DNA of 63,017 nucleotides, counting the filler, from Sphacelaria rigidula (lineage: Eukaryota), in NCBI GenBank assembly GCA_964200075.2. It is 6 parts of 6 records of this genome, joined end to end, with 100 filler letters (N's around TTAATTAATTAA, not from the genome) between each part and the next. Parts side by side here need not be neighbours in the genome. Positions count along the whole stretch, not along the records: positions 21,042 to 31,461 come from CAXNAA020006523.1; positions 31,562 to 41,981 come from CAXNAA020006524.1; 4 more parts are not named here. The stretch is one strand, 5' to 3'. Below are positions 25,180 through 37,244 of this stretch, piece by piece (position 1 is the first letter of the stretch; each line of letters begins with the position of its first letter). The notes under the pieces were generated by a model. It ran no database searches. It saw nothing but the letters and a program-made list of their open reading frames with translations, and was not told the DNA's origin. The position numbers and the translations under genes are program-made.

Positions 25180-26359
25180 CATTCTTGTGAACATGGGTGA
25201 GTTCCTCGGGCATCAAAACATGTACGACAATCGATCAATCAGTTATATTTTTACTCATGTCTATAATCTGGCGGTGTTGGTATCTTCAGGACCGTGCTGG
25301 CATCTCCCCCCCCCGAGCATGCTTCAATGCACCACTGCATATCTAATTTCTCCGACTTCATTGTACCGTTTTATAGTCAGCACTGGTATAGTCGGTATTG
25401 CACCTGTACCGCTCATGGGTATGGACGTGGTTTTAAACAGCATATCTCCTTTATTCAGGGGCATGTTGAACGAGACAGGAGAAGTGAGAACGCGCCGTGA
25501 GAGAGAGGAAGACTCTGGCGGCTTTCGTGCTTTCTTGTTTTTTGTTTTTTGGTCCTTCCGGTTGGGTGAAGATCAGCTAGTGACAGCCAATCGGAAGGAA
25601 TACTTTTTTTGACCAAAACCCGCCAAAATCACTCTCACTCTCACGGAGGGTCTTCACTTTTCCTGACTCATGAAATAGGGCCCTTGTGAACGCCTGAAGG
25701 GAAGACGAAAGTATAATCTGGGTGTCATCGCTTATCCGCTGCAGACCGCTGCTGACCCAGTGGTTTCTCTGTCATCATGCATATTACACTACGGCACAGC
25801 AGTGCATGCAGCTCTGTGACATGTCGACAGGCAAGGGGTACACACGAATCTGGGTCCCCCCGATTTGGCACAGATTCGGGATTGGCTGTCATACGAGTTG
25901 GTCCAAGATGAGCGAGGCCACACATCACGGCCGGGTATTGCATTTGCATTAAGTTTTTGAGAATATTTCGATGTTTATGAAGCTTCCAAGGTGTACCCGC
26001 AAATTGCATATCCCGTCTTTTGAGCACAGTACATTAGAGTTCGAAAAGGAACATCCCGGAAGGAAACGAAACAAATTTTATTTTCTTGGGCACGGAAGGG
26101 TGGGTGGGTACTGTACCACGTTTACTTTCGGAAAACACGCCTTATTGAAGGTATCTCTAAACTCGGCTCCCGGTATCCTGGTTTATTCGCTGGCTCTGAG
26201 TTGTGTTGTATTTTTTCAAGTGAAGGTGATCGCGATTCATGGGGGGACCTAGCCTGGCGGTCAAAGGGTCTGTCCCATCATCTAATGAATCGGCATCACT
26301 TTCACCTGAAAACATATAACAAAACAAACTATGATACCAGGGCCGAGTTGGAGGTATCA

Positions 26360-26425
26360 CAAACTCGAGGTTCCCGGTATATTTGCTGTAAATTGCTGTA
26401 AAATATACCCGGAACCTCGAGTTTG
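26360..26425. repeat. Short near-perfect inverted repeat
   Basis: caaactcgaggttcccggtatattt ... aaatatacccggaacctcgagtttg. Confidence 0.85.
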
Positions 26426-28110
26426 AGACACATTTATCACAGTGGAAGGCCGCACTTTTCGTCAGTGGAGTTATCCGGAGTTGGGCTACGATCTACCCCA
26501 TAGCTGATATTACTTGATTTGAGAAAAAATAGGAGTCGGATCGTGGATCGTCAGTGGGACTTGATGGTCCCGTGAAGGTTTGCTTACTCCTTCGTAGATA
26601 TGGAAAGTTTCTCGGAAATTTATGATTTCGAGTAAAACTTTCGGAACCCATTGGCGACTTTTGTTGTTGTAAAGCGGCATCACACTCGGTCAGTTTCAAG
26701 TCAAAATGATGCGGATTTACAAAAGCAAGAATTGTCAATGACTTCCCGAAGATTTGACCCGTAGACAGCGGTGCGGGTGGTCACCTGGATCAGGCATACT
26801 TTTTTGAAGTTGATATTGATGCCGTTTCAGCAGGTGACCTACCCTCGCGGTCGGAGGGTTAACGAAGGAGATTTCCTGATTTTCTCCTTTTGCAAAATTC
26901 CCTTTTTGAACAACGGCCGTTGATTGGTCGCTGCGAAACCATCCCAACCCGAAGAAAAAAAATCCCCCAAGCGTGCACAGAAATCCCCCTTTTTCAAGGG
27001 TTATTCAGGAAGTGCAATAACACCTGCTGAAATCCCCTTCTGAAAAAAGGATTTCTGGACATCACCGGGGGGAGCATACATGTCCGTTTGACGGGGGCAC
27101 ATGCAAAGGCTCACCACACAACCCGACACAACCAGATCTGCACCTGAGCAACTTCGTGGCCCCGCAAACCAAAAACACACCGCTCGAGTCGTAGCTGCTC
27201 ATCAGCTGTTCAAGTTGTGCGTGACCTTCCTCAAATCTCTTCAAAATTCATTGAATAATGATTTGTGTGAGACGCGCGCACGGCACATGCTCACAAAACG
27301 GTCAGCAACGACACGTTTTCGGTTGTTCTTGACACGAACGCGGCCGCCATCCGTACAATACAGGACGGATTTCCATCAAAGACTGCCATGTGTGGATTAG
27401 CAAGGGCTAGCGGTGAAACTAATGCGCGGGAGGGATGCCGACTCAGAAGGTGACCTACCCTCGAGATCAAAGGGTCAACATACTTTTGGGCTAACGACCA
27501 CTTCCAAATCCGCCGTATTTCTAAATCTGCGTGCAGATCTGGGATCCAATCTGTACAAAACCGCTTCTCGATAGGACTCAGGGTTGGTCGTTGTGGGCCC
27601 AATCCTCTTGTCAAACGGGGATTGTGAAAAGGGGGGGAATTCCCTTCGATAATAAGGACCCTGAAACCCTTACCCCAACTCCAAAGAAGGCATACCGAGA
27701 ACCCTCGAGCAAGGGGGGTATAAAGCGATTTCCAGGGAAAGTGTGCGTTGCCACATCCCAAATCGGTGCCCCAGGCGCCGATTTGGACATGAACGCGTTC
27801 TGCGCACGCGAGGAGCACGCTGGAAGCAAAGCACCCTCATTGACCCTTGTGGGACCAACCCCCCCACCAACACAGAGTTGACACTGTGCTGGTGAAATAA
27901 TAATAAGGAGGTCTTCGAGCGACCTGCCCCATCACGGCGAGGCGAAATTTATCGACCAGATCCGAGCGACCAGCTCGGGGATTATTGCCGAGTATGATGC
28001 CACTGCAAAAATCGTGTGGGGGCCTCATCCCTGGCCCAGATGAGCCTTCCCGAGTTTCCCAAGTGCAGGGCGGTCAGAATTTGGTTTTATGATATTACTT
28101 GCACTCAGTA

Positions 28111-28970
28111 TACGAGCTGGGCCAGCCTAAAAACGGATTTAAGCTCTAGAAGCAATATCTCTTCGACGCAGACGAGTTGGGCCGTGATCCGCATATCGTA
28201 TTAATCATCTAAACAAGGGGAAGGTGCCCGTCTGCTCAACATTTTGGGCCCATATGTTCTCGTTGATCAAACCCCATGTCCAGTAATTCCTATACCTGAG
28301 GGAGATAGCGCCAATACCTTGCCAATACTAAAATCTCTATGAAACTCCCGATCGATGCATTTAGTGGATGGCGACGAATTTTTGTGTGGAGAACCACAAA
28401 AGAGTGCCGAATTAAAAAAAAAAATAGGCCTTCATTTCTTTTTTACAGAGGTTTGAACGTTTTGTGAAAAAATGGTCTTCACCATAGTAGAACGCCCTAA
28501 ACCAGTGAAGAAAAATGAAAAAATCAACCTGACCCATTTTTTTTTGTTGAATATGCCTTGAAGAGCGCCCATACCAAAGTTCAATACACGAAAACCAAAC
28601 GCGGGCCGGTGAGTGGCCTGCATAATACTGTTCCGAACTTTAACCGAACCGGTTTTTGATAGGCCCATGCTCTTTTATACATTTAGAGTTGGACCCTGAA
28701 ATGTGGTATGGACAGTGCATAGGGCATTAAAAAAATTACCGGAGTACCAAAAGTGTTTTTTTTTCATGAGTTGAGGGCAATAATCGATTTTCAGGTATCA
28801 GTAAAATGCCCCTAACTCATGAAGAAAAAATATATATATTTTGGTACCGACGATTTTCATTCTCATGCCCTATGCATTGTCCATACCAAATTTCTGGGGC
28901 CAACTCTAAATGTGTAAGAGAGCATGGGCTTGCAAACTTCAAATCCGCCTCTAGGCTGGCCCAGCTCGTA
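28111..28970. mobile_element. TA-flanked TIR element (Tc1/mariner-like, non-autonomous) with an internal foldback
   Basis: ~33-bp TIRs tacgagctgggccagcctaaaaacggattt / aaatccgcctctaggctggcccagctcgta; internal palindrome at 28664-28928. Confidence 0.75.
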
Positions 28971-29029
28971 GCGTTCCCGAGTTTTCCCGGAGGATTTTTT
29001 GGGTCACAGTTCTATTCTAAAACGTAGTG

Positions 29030-29202
29030 ATTACACTGACACAAGGTGGAACGGGAAAAAACGGGAAGGAGTGTACACGCTACAATGTGGTCATCTTCAC
29101 GAGGCACTGAAACCCGGCGTGTTCCGTCCCGGCTTTGTAGGAATGCGAGGTCAATGGTCTTATGACTATGGCATACATGATCATGAGAACAACCCCCCCC
29201 CT
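29030..29202 (+). mobile_element. LINE 3' terminus (subfamily B)
   Basis: ccgtcccggctttgtaggaatgcgaggtcaatggtcttatgactatggcatacatgatcatgagaacaa(c)n. Confidence 0.6.
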
Positions 29203-30195
29203 ATGACGATGGGGAAGCAAGCACCTCCGTGTGCTGATGAGCAAGAGCTACCATTTTTCTATGTGGCTGTGCGCGTTTGTTGGGCTCGGCTGTGTGAGTG
29301 TACCATCTTCCAGTTACGGTCCGTGTGATTGATGCCTGGTCCCTCGTCCGATAAGTCGCTCACTTTCCGTACCCGTAGTTCTCCCACAGGATGTTTGACG
29401 GCTCCGGCGCACCCGAAGCAAAAATCCGCCGACCCCTTACCATAGCCTCGCGGCGCATGAACAGCCATCCCAACCAGCTCTGTCTGATGAGAAAGTATTG
29501 CTCTGTGAAAAAAATACGTCTTCTGTATTTGTGTCTTTTTTTTTCTGCCCCTTGAACCGCCAGGGGGTGTGGAGGGGGGGGGGCACCTGGGTCTCAGTCA
29601 TTCATCCCAGCTAATCCGTTGAACGCGAGAGTAGATTATCTGTCCAACCTTCATCATTTATTCTCACTTGGAAAAAGTTGCATGCAAGACCCAGCTGCCC
29701 TACCCCGGCGATGCAGAGGTGTGTTCACAACGTGGTGAAGTGAAGAACTTGCTCGGGAATTCATGATTCCGAACACCTTTAACCCTAACCCTGACCATCA
29801 CTCCAACGAAGGCATACCGTGAACCCTCGGGCAAGGGAGGTGCAATGTGTCCCCTAGGAGCACAGTCCCCCATTGAACACCCGGATTCCGGTGCCCACAC
29901 TAAGAATTAGTCGGGGCGTCTTCACCTTCCAAGCGGTGAACTTTACTCTGATGAAAAAAGTCCGAGGCCGCTTTCCATATGCACCTGAGAATTCTCTCCT
30001 AAAGAATTACTCATGTTGGCGATTCAGCGCCGATTTACGCCCGAAGAATACAACGCTTGGCAGATCACACCACCTCGGAATGACTTGCTGTACGCGTAGG
30101 ATAAAGGGCCCTCCGAGATGAGAATGGCTTACTTGTACCCGATTCTTTATGCGTTCACTTCATTCTTGACAGGACTGGCGATCACCCTTGCAAGA

Positions 30196-30442
30196 CACTT
30201 TTTACGATACCCCTCCCCCCTAAACCACTCCGAAGAAGTTTAACGAAGAAAGTGCTCATGAAGCGCCTGATGTTTGGGTTCAGCATGAAGTGCCTCATAT
30301 AGACGATATTGGCGAGAACGAACCCAAGCGTGAGAATTCCTAGCTGCTCGTTGTGCTTGGCTTTTTTCACTTCGATTCACGTGAAGATTTTGCCTCCCTA
30401 AACCAGGCATCTTTGAGGGGGGGGGGGCTATCGTAAAATGTG
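30196..30442. mobile_element. ~245-bp MITE (CACTTTCTACGATAGCCCC TIR family)
   Basis: TIRs and body shared with 31057-31305, 36641-36884 and 57812-58075. Confidence 0.8.
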
Positions 30443-31056
30443 TCGCAAGCAAAAGAATCGTCGTCGTCTTATTTCTGTAATATTTTCAATTTTTGTTTGT
30501 GAGAACTCGACGATTTGTTTTTGGAGCTCTATTATACAACGAAGTGGTGGTCTCTCCTCCAATGCTGCCGATCCGAGTATCCTTCCAATTTTTCCCCTTC
30601 CCAATATGTACTCTCATCAGTGGATTTGCGGCGGCTGTGTCGGGGACTGATGGAATGGCGACAGAGAACACACAAATGACAGGACTTCTTTCCAACGTCA
30701 GGTACGTTTAACCCTCGACCCCGAGCCTGTCTGTGGGCCACTGTCGGGGGCGGGTTCATCCCTAAGATCCTGTGAAGTGCGCGCTCGTACTCGAATGAAG
30801 ATAAAAGTGGAGGTGTTGACACGGCGCAACAAACTGCATGAAAAAGCAGGCGAAGTCGAGACCTAATATTCAGGGATATATATATATATATAATATGGCT
30901 TCACGTACGTGGCCCATCATGAAATATCGTGAGCGGATAAACCATCGATTAGTCGACGAGAAACTGGGACACTTCGGTCGGGCACAGCTTTTTTTTTTTT
31001 TATGTACCACATATATGTACGGGCAGGGCGAGGGGAGTGCGTTGAAGAATGGTGCC

Positions 31057-31305
31057 GCGATAGCCCCCCCCCCCCACCCGCCCCCAAACCAGCCCCAAAA
31101 CTGTCACGAAGCAAATGGTCATACACACAGCGCATGATCGGTGGTTTCAGTCTTTATGAAGCCCCATACATGGGCGAACCTGATGAAGTATGATCCCAAG
31201 CGGGGGAGTTCCCAGCTTTTCAGTGAGCTCGGCGTTTTTTATTTTGGTTTACATGCACATTTAGCATCCTCCAACTAGTCATTTTCCCGGGGGGGGGGGG
31301 GGGGA
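31057..31305. mobile_element. Degenerate MITE, same family as 30196-30442
   Basis: cgatagcccccc start and homologous body. Confidence 0.6.
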
Positions 31306-31379
31306 TTGTTCGCTTGACTTTGTCATTTGGCCATTGGCCACACATCCCTTTCGAGACGGGACATCTTGAAGGGTGGTAT

Positions 31380-31461
31380 GGGGGGTGTACTCATGATCAT
31401 GCATGCCATAGTCATAAGACCATGGACCTCGTATCCCTACAAAGCCGGGACGGAGCACGCC
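31380..31461 (-). mobile_element. LINE 3' terminus (subfamily B), at contig end
   Basis: gggggggtgtactcatgatcatgcatgccatagtcataagacc...gccgggacggagc. Confidence 0.65.
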
Positions 31462-31561
31462 NNNNNNNNNNNNNNNNNNNNNNNNNNNNNNNNNNNNNNN
31501 NNNNNTTAATTAATTAANNNNNNNNNNNNNNNNNNNNNNNNNNNNNNNNNNNNNNNNNNNN
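31462..31561. other. Artificial contig spacer
   Basis: N44-TTAATTAATTAA-N44. Confidence 0.99.
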
Positions 31562-32071
31562 TTGTGACCTTCGGCCCTAGGTGCTTCTACCACGTCAACC
31601 GCAGCATTCATACAGTAGGCATGGGACTCAATTGATTGTTTCAAACAAACGTCCTCGCCGCAATGGGCATGCCGAAGTGAGTATTCGGCAGGCCCGACCT
31701 CTTGACGGTACCGTAGACTACGAGCGTCCTATGGCCTAGACGCTTGCTTGCGTCCACCAACGTTATGACCATCGATCGACGCAACCAAACTTATCTTTGC
31801 CACGTGAGATAGAAAATAGAGACATGGACGTTGTGACTACAACGTGCTTGATCACATCATGGCCGTGAAGGTGGTGTGGCTCTGCGGGCGAGAGGTCAAC
31901 GATGCTGCACCTCGTTTGTTGGGCACTTGCGCATTGACTAGGCCGCGCCTTCCTCGGGCTGATATCACTTGTGGTGGCACGTTTCAGTTTGAAATCATTT
32001 TCGTGTGGCTTGTGGTCTATAACAAACGAAAATTGCAAGGTGGTGTTCTGTAGGGTACGATGCTTGTATTC

Positions 32072-32799
32072 CAGGGATGTTTTCGGCGGGTCATACCCGT
32101 ATCCGACAATTTTGTGAGGTCTGCACGAAACGTTTACCCTTGCCCGGGGTACAGGTATACCCTTGTAGAAGTACCCGGTTGTTGCGGGTAAGGATCTTTG
32201 TACAATGCCCATACCGTACCCGACAAGTTCTGTGAGGTCTGCTTCTGTACAGTAGCCGTACACTTTTGTAAGTTCGGTGCGCAAACAACTATACCCTACT
32301 ACGTGATGTACATGTACCCTATCGAACGAAACCTCGAAGCGTTTCCTCTTATGCAACCGCCCTTGGGGAAATCCTGTAGGGGAAGAAAACAGGAGACCAA
32401 GACCACACCCAAACCTAACTGTGTACCAAGACCATATTGTATCGAGGGGCGGTGTCGGAATGTTTCATGTTCATGTTGCCGTACGGTACGATATTTTTGT
32501 ACACCCGAGGTGTCTACCAGGGCACTTCCTGTACTCGACGGGTTCTGTGAGTTCTGTACGCTTCCCACACCCATACCCGACATTACTTCAAGTGTTGTAC
32601 GTTTTGTAAGCCTCCCAGACCGGTACCCGACAGTTGTGCTCAATTTGTTCGAAACGTTCATCCTCAACCGGGGTTCGGTTATTGTTGAAACAGTAGGCTG
32701 TGAGTACGGGTATCTGTACAACCTCATGCCGCACGTGGAGAATGCGCGAATATTGTATCACTTCCATACCGGTACCCGACAGTTGTGTACCCATCACTG
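32072..32799. mobile_element. Repeat element rich in tacccgtacccg/agttctgt motifs, hAT-like ends
   Basis: Ends cagggatg / catcactg; recurrent internal motifs; no TSD seen. Confidence 0.5.
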
Positions 32800-32830
32800 T
32801 CCTGTCATTATCGGTTCTGTACGGCTGCAG

Positions 32831-32968
32831 ACCGAGGGGCAGAAGAGAAAGGTCCGCCATGTTATGCGAAATCTAAGAGGCAAATGGAGGAATACGAGGG
32901 TCGAGGGTTTACTCCGCGTCGTGGCGGCCAGCAGGAAGGCTCTACAGGAACAGGAACAGAGGGACAAG
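32831..32968 (+). CDS. Isolated candidate exon of an unknown gene
   Basis: ctgcag|138 nt, open in phase 0 (TEGQKRKVRHVMRNLRGKWRNTRVEGLLRVVAASRKALQEQEQRDK)|gtatgt. Confidence 0.35.
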
Positions 32969-34104
32969 GTATGTCCTACTGTAGTAAAACAAGTGCAAAA
33001 TCGCGGGAGATCGCACACGTTTTGACCGTCGGACTCAACTAGTACCTGCAGTAGCACCGATCGATTGGATGTTTTCTCTTGAGTGCTTTTTGTCGTTGAT
33101 TTCGTCGTAATTTGTGTACGAATATTGTTGTTGATTCTTGTTCTGTACCTGTATCAAATGGTGCATCAGTAGAGTGTTGTCGTCGATGTCCACACGTGTC
33201 GTTTTCATCAATGCCTCGACTTCGGATTGTAACCTCGCACTAAGAAAGCAGACGCTGGCCGGTAAACCAGTGAAAAGAGACAGCGGGCAGGAAAGAGGGG
33301 GGAGTGTGTGGCGGGGGGGGGCGAGGAGTGAGTCATGAAACATCCATTGAGACACATGAAATAACGGCGAAAAAATGTAACACCAGCACCATCTGAAAGA
33401 TGAAAATAAATCTTGCCACCACATGTCGCTGAGTGCCCACGTCAATGGTGTTCCCGCTCTCGACATCCTTCGCGAGGAGGCTGGTCATGTGCTGCTCTGT
33501 CTTCGTACTTGTGGATCACAAAAGAAGCAGAAGAAATGTTATGGTGGGCGGAGGGAGAAGAATAGGGTGGGCAAGCACGAAGAGTTTGTGGTGAAACGTT
33601 TTCCCTCGTAGATGGTGCTGGTGTTGCAGCTTGTCGTCGCTACTCCGTGTGTCTTGTGGGTGTTTTGTTGTGCTGGTCATGCGCGTGTACTTCGAACAGT
33701 GTATGACCATGGCCACTTTTGACTCTTGTTGTTCCCGTCGTGCTGTTGCCTGTGCTGCATGCTAGGTACTGCGGTGTTGTTTTGTTTTCGCCACCATAAC
33801 CCTCGTCTAGTGCGACGTTCGAACGCCTGAAATACTCGACGACCTTGGTCCCTTAGTGTCTGCCCCCCCCTGCCACCGCTCCTGCCTTGACCTGATTCGA
33901 TGGCGATTCGATTCAACGTAGGACGAAGGGTACGTCGCAGATACGAGCGACGTCGAGGAGGAGTTGACGAGGGAGACTCCAAGGAAGGTATGATCGCGGC
34001 GTTCAAACGTCTCTTTTTGTACTATCAACCGCTTCGTTCTCACTACAGTTCTGGCATGTAGCGCTCAAGTTGTGGCCCGAGATTTTCACATCCCTTAGGA
34101 CATG

Positions 34105-34712
34105 AACTAGACAAGGAGGAACGAACGGGGCGTGCTGGAGGGGGAACTGTGGGAACTACCCGAGGTGGCTCGGAATCGCTTGGTACATCGGACAGTGAAA
34201 AAACGATCGATGTACTAGGATATGGATGGTGGCCACAGGCGGCGAAACAGACAGAGAATGTAATGCGTTTCCAATTTGCTTACTCTTCAAACCCCCTCCC
34301 GTTCCTCGGGATGAGTACGTGGTCTCAAGGGATCAATCCATGTTTCCCCCAGTTCACGCGCCTTTCATTTTGGTCTCGCGGATGGGGTCAGCACTCCCGC
34401 ACCGCGTCAACTCACGTCACACAAACCTAGTCGACTACTTTGTTTACTCACGTTCTCACGCTTTTCACGGTCGAAATCATACATTACGAAGAAAAAACCC
34501 AACGCACCGGGAATTGAACCCCCGTTCTCTCCACCGTAAAGGCGACAGTCGGACCATTACACCACCGGGCCGCGGCGGCTACAAACTATTCTTGTGTAAT
34601 TTGTGGAAGAAACGTCATTAGCGCCCACATGTTGGAGGTGTCTCTGTAAGGAGAAGGAGCGGCACCCCGTCTCTAAAGGGATGCGTAATCACAGGTCAAA
34701 CGATGAAGGCAA
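34105..34712 (+). mobile_element. LINE ORF 3' end interrupted by a SINE (second copy 35815-36450)
   Basis: GTSDSEKTIDVLGYGWWPQAAKQ [insertion] KLFLCNLWKKRH*RPHVGGVSVRRRSGTPSLKGCVITGQTMKA runs into the subfamily A terminus. Confidence 0.7.
34262..34575 (-). mobile_element. tRNA-derived SINE (family 2); duplicate at ~35970-36283
   Basis: Minus-strand head gcccggTGGTGTAATGGtccgact...gGGTTCAATTCCcggtg carries A and B boxes. Confidence 0.7.
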
Positions 34713-36640
34713 TCGCAGGAGGTCCCACACATTTTGACCGTCGGACTCAGTTGCACCGATCGATTGCATGTTTTCTCTTGAGTGCTTCTCGTCGTTGATT
34801 TCGTCGTAATTTGTGTACGAATATTGTTGTTGATTCTTGTTCTGTACCTGTATCAAATGGTGCATCAGTAGAGTGTTGTCGTCGATGTCCACACGTGTCG
34901 TTTTCATCAATGCCTCGACTTCGGATTGTAACCTCGCACTAAGAAAGCAGACGCTGGCCGGTAAACCAGTGAAAAGAGACAGCGGGCGGGAGAGAGGGGG
35001 GAGTGTGTGGCGGGGGGGGGCAAGAAGTGAGTCATGAAACATCCATAGAGACACGTGAAATAACGGCGAAAAAAGGTAACACCAGTACCATCTGAAAGAT
35101 GAAAATAAATCTTGCCACCACATGTCGCTGAGTGCCCACGTCAATGGTGTTCCCGCCCTCGACATGCTTCGCGAGGAGGCTGGTCATGTGCTGCTCTGTC
35201 TTCGTACTTGTGGATCACAAAAGAAGCAGAAGAAATGTTATGATGGGCGAAGGGAGAAGAATGGGGTGGGGAAGCAGTGAGAGTTTGTGGTGAAGTGTTT
35301 TCCCTCGTAGATGGTGCTGGTGTTGCAGTTTGTCGTCGCTACTCCGTGTGTCTTGTGGGTGTTTTGTTGTGCTGGTCATGCGCGTGTACTTCGAACAGTG
35401 TATGACCATGGCCACTTTTGACTCTTGTTGTTCCCGTCGTGCTGTTGCCTGTGCTGCATGCTAGGTACTGCGGTGTTGTTTTGTTTTCGCCACCATAACC
35501 CTCGTCTAGTGCGACGTTCGAACGCCTGAAATACTCGACGACCTTGGTCCCTTAGTGTCTGCCGCCCCTTCCCCCCTCTTCCCCCCCTCGTGCCTTGACC
35601 TGATTCGATGGTGATTCGATTCAACGTAGGACGAAGGGTATGTCGCGGACACGAGCGACGTCGAGGGGGGGTCTGGAGAAGACACTCCAAGGAAGGTATG
35701 ATCGCGGCGTTCAAACGTCTCTTTTTGTACTATCACCCGCTTCGTTCTCACTACAGTTCTGGCATGTAGCGCTCAAGTTGTGGCCCGAGATTTTCACATC
35801 CCTTAGAACATGAACTAGACAAGGAGGAACGAACGGGGCGTGCTGGAGGGGAAACTGTGGGAACTACCCGAGGTGGCTCGGAATCGCTTGGTACATTGGA
35901 CAGTGAAAAAACGATCGATGTACTAGGATATAGATGGTGGCCACAGGCGGCGAAACAGACAGATAATGTAATGCGTCTCCAATTTGCTTACTCTTCAAAC
36001 CCCCTCCTGTTCCTCGGGATGAGTACGTGGTCTCAAGGGATCAATCCATGTTTCCCCCAGTTCACGCGCCTTTCATTTTGGTCTCACGGATGGGGTCAGC
36101 ACTCCCGCACCGCGTCAGCTCACGTCACACAAACCTAGTCGACTACTTTGTTTACTCACGTTCTCACGCTTTTCACGGTGGAAATCATACATTACGAAGA
36201 AAAAACCCAACGCACCGGGAATTGAACCCCCGTTCTCTCCACCCTAATGGCGACAGTCGGACCACTACACCACCGGGGCGCGGCGGCTACAAACTATTCT
36301 TGTGTAATTTGTGGAAGAAACGTCATTAGCGCCCACATGTTGGAGGTGTCTCTGTAAGGAGAAGGAGCGGCACCCCGTCTTTAAAGGGATTCGTGATCAC
36401 AGGTCAAACGATGAAGGCAAGCAACAACCGAGTACACGCTTCCCCCCCCTCCCCGCCTGTCCTGCCTGATTTGATTTGATGGCGATTCGGTTGGACTCAG
36501 CATGAAGGTAACGCGGCGGATACGAGCAACTGTGCGGAGGAGTCTGCAGAAGAAACTCCGAGGAAGGTATGTTGTCGGCGTTGACACTAGTACTGGTACG
36601 TAGCGCTCAAAGTCGTGGCCGGCCGCGAAGTTTCACAGTA

Positions 36641-36884
36641 CACTTTCTACGATAGCCGCCCCCCCCAAACGTGCATGTTTTGGTAGGCAACATTCCCACG
36701 TGAATCGAAATGGGAAAAGCCGAGCACAACGAACAGCTGGGGATTACCACGCTTGGGTTCGTTCTAGCGAATGTCGCCACTATGAAGCGCTTGATTCAGC
36801 CTGAACCAAACATCAGGCGCTGTATGACCATGTTTTCCGTGACACTTTTGGGCTGGTTTTTGGGGGGGGCTATCGTAGAAAGTG
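36641..36884. mobile_element. MITE (CACTTTCTACGATAGCCCC TIR family)
   Basis: Perfect 16-bp TIR cactttctacgatagc / gctatcgtagaaagtg. Confidence 0.85.
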
Positions 36885-37244
36885 TCACGGGGTTTAGATA
36901 CACGTCCTTGTCCGCCTTAGGATTGTCGGCCTTTGAAAGTCAGGATGCCGACAACCGTCGTAAAGCGATGTAACACCTGAAGATCATCAAAACAGTTTGT
37001 TTTGTGTGTTGGTGATGCGTGAGTACGCTGCTGGGGTGTATGGCGATACCGTTGGAAGGATCTACCAGAAGCATAATCGGTTTCCACGACGTGCGGAAGA
37101 GATGGAAGGGCCCAACGTTCGTGAGACATAGCATCGACATGGTCGTTGGTGATGTTGGCGTCTGTTGGCGTCGTCCCAAATGTTGTGCGCTGCACGTAGT
37201 GAGGTTGCGTGTCGAAAGGCGGAGTCTGATCCTTGTCCACTTCG

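Larger units (their letters stand above)
33020..36420. repeat. ~1.7-kb near-identical tandem duplication
   Basis: Units start ttttgaccgtcggactca at ~33020 and ~34732; paired near-identical ORFs in the track (33035/34689, 33138/34837, 34149/35857). Confidence 0.95.

Noticed and set aside
32198-33025. 275-aa ORF as a protein
   Set aside because: Mostly runs through a low-complexity repeat element; only 32831-32968 looks exon-like.
34500-34575. Functional tRNA gene
   Set aside because: A and B boxes are present, but the acceptor and anticodon stems are poor and the duplicate differs in the anticodon region; better explained as a SINE head.
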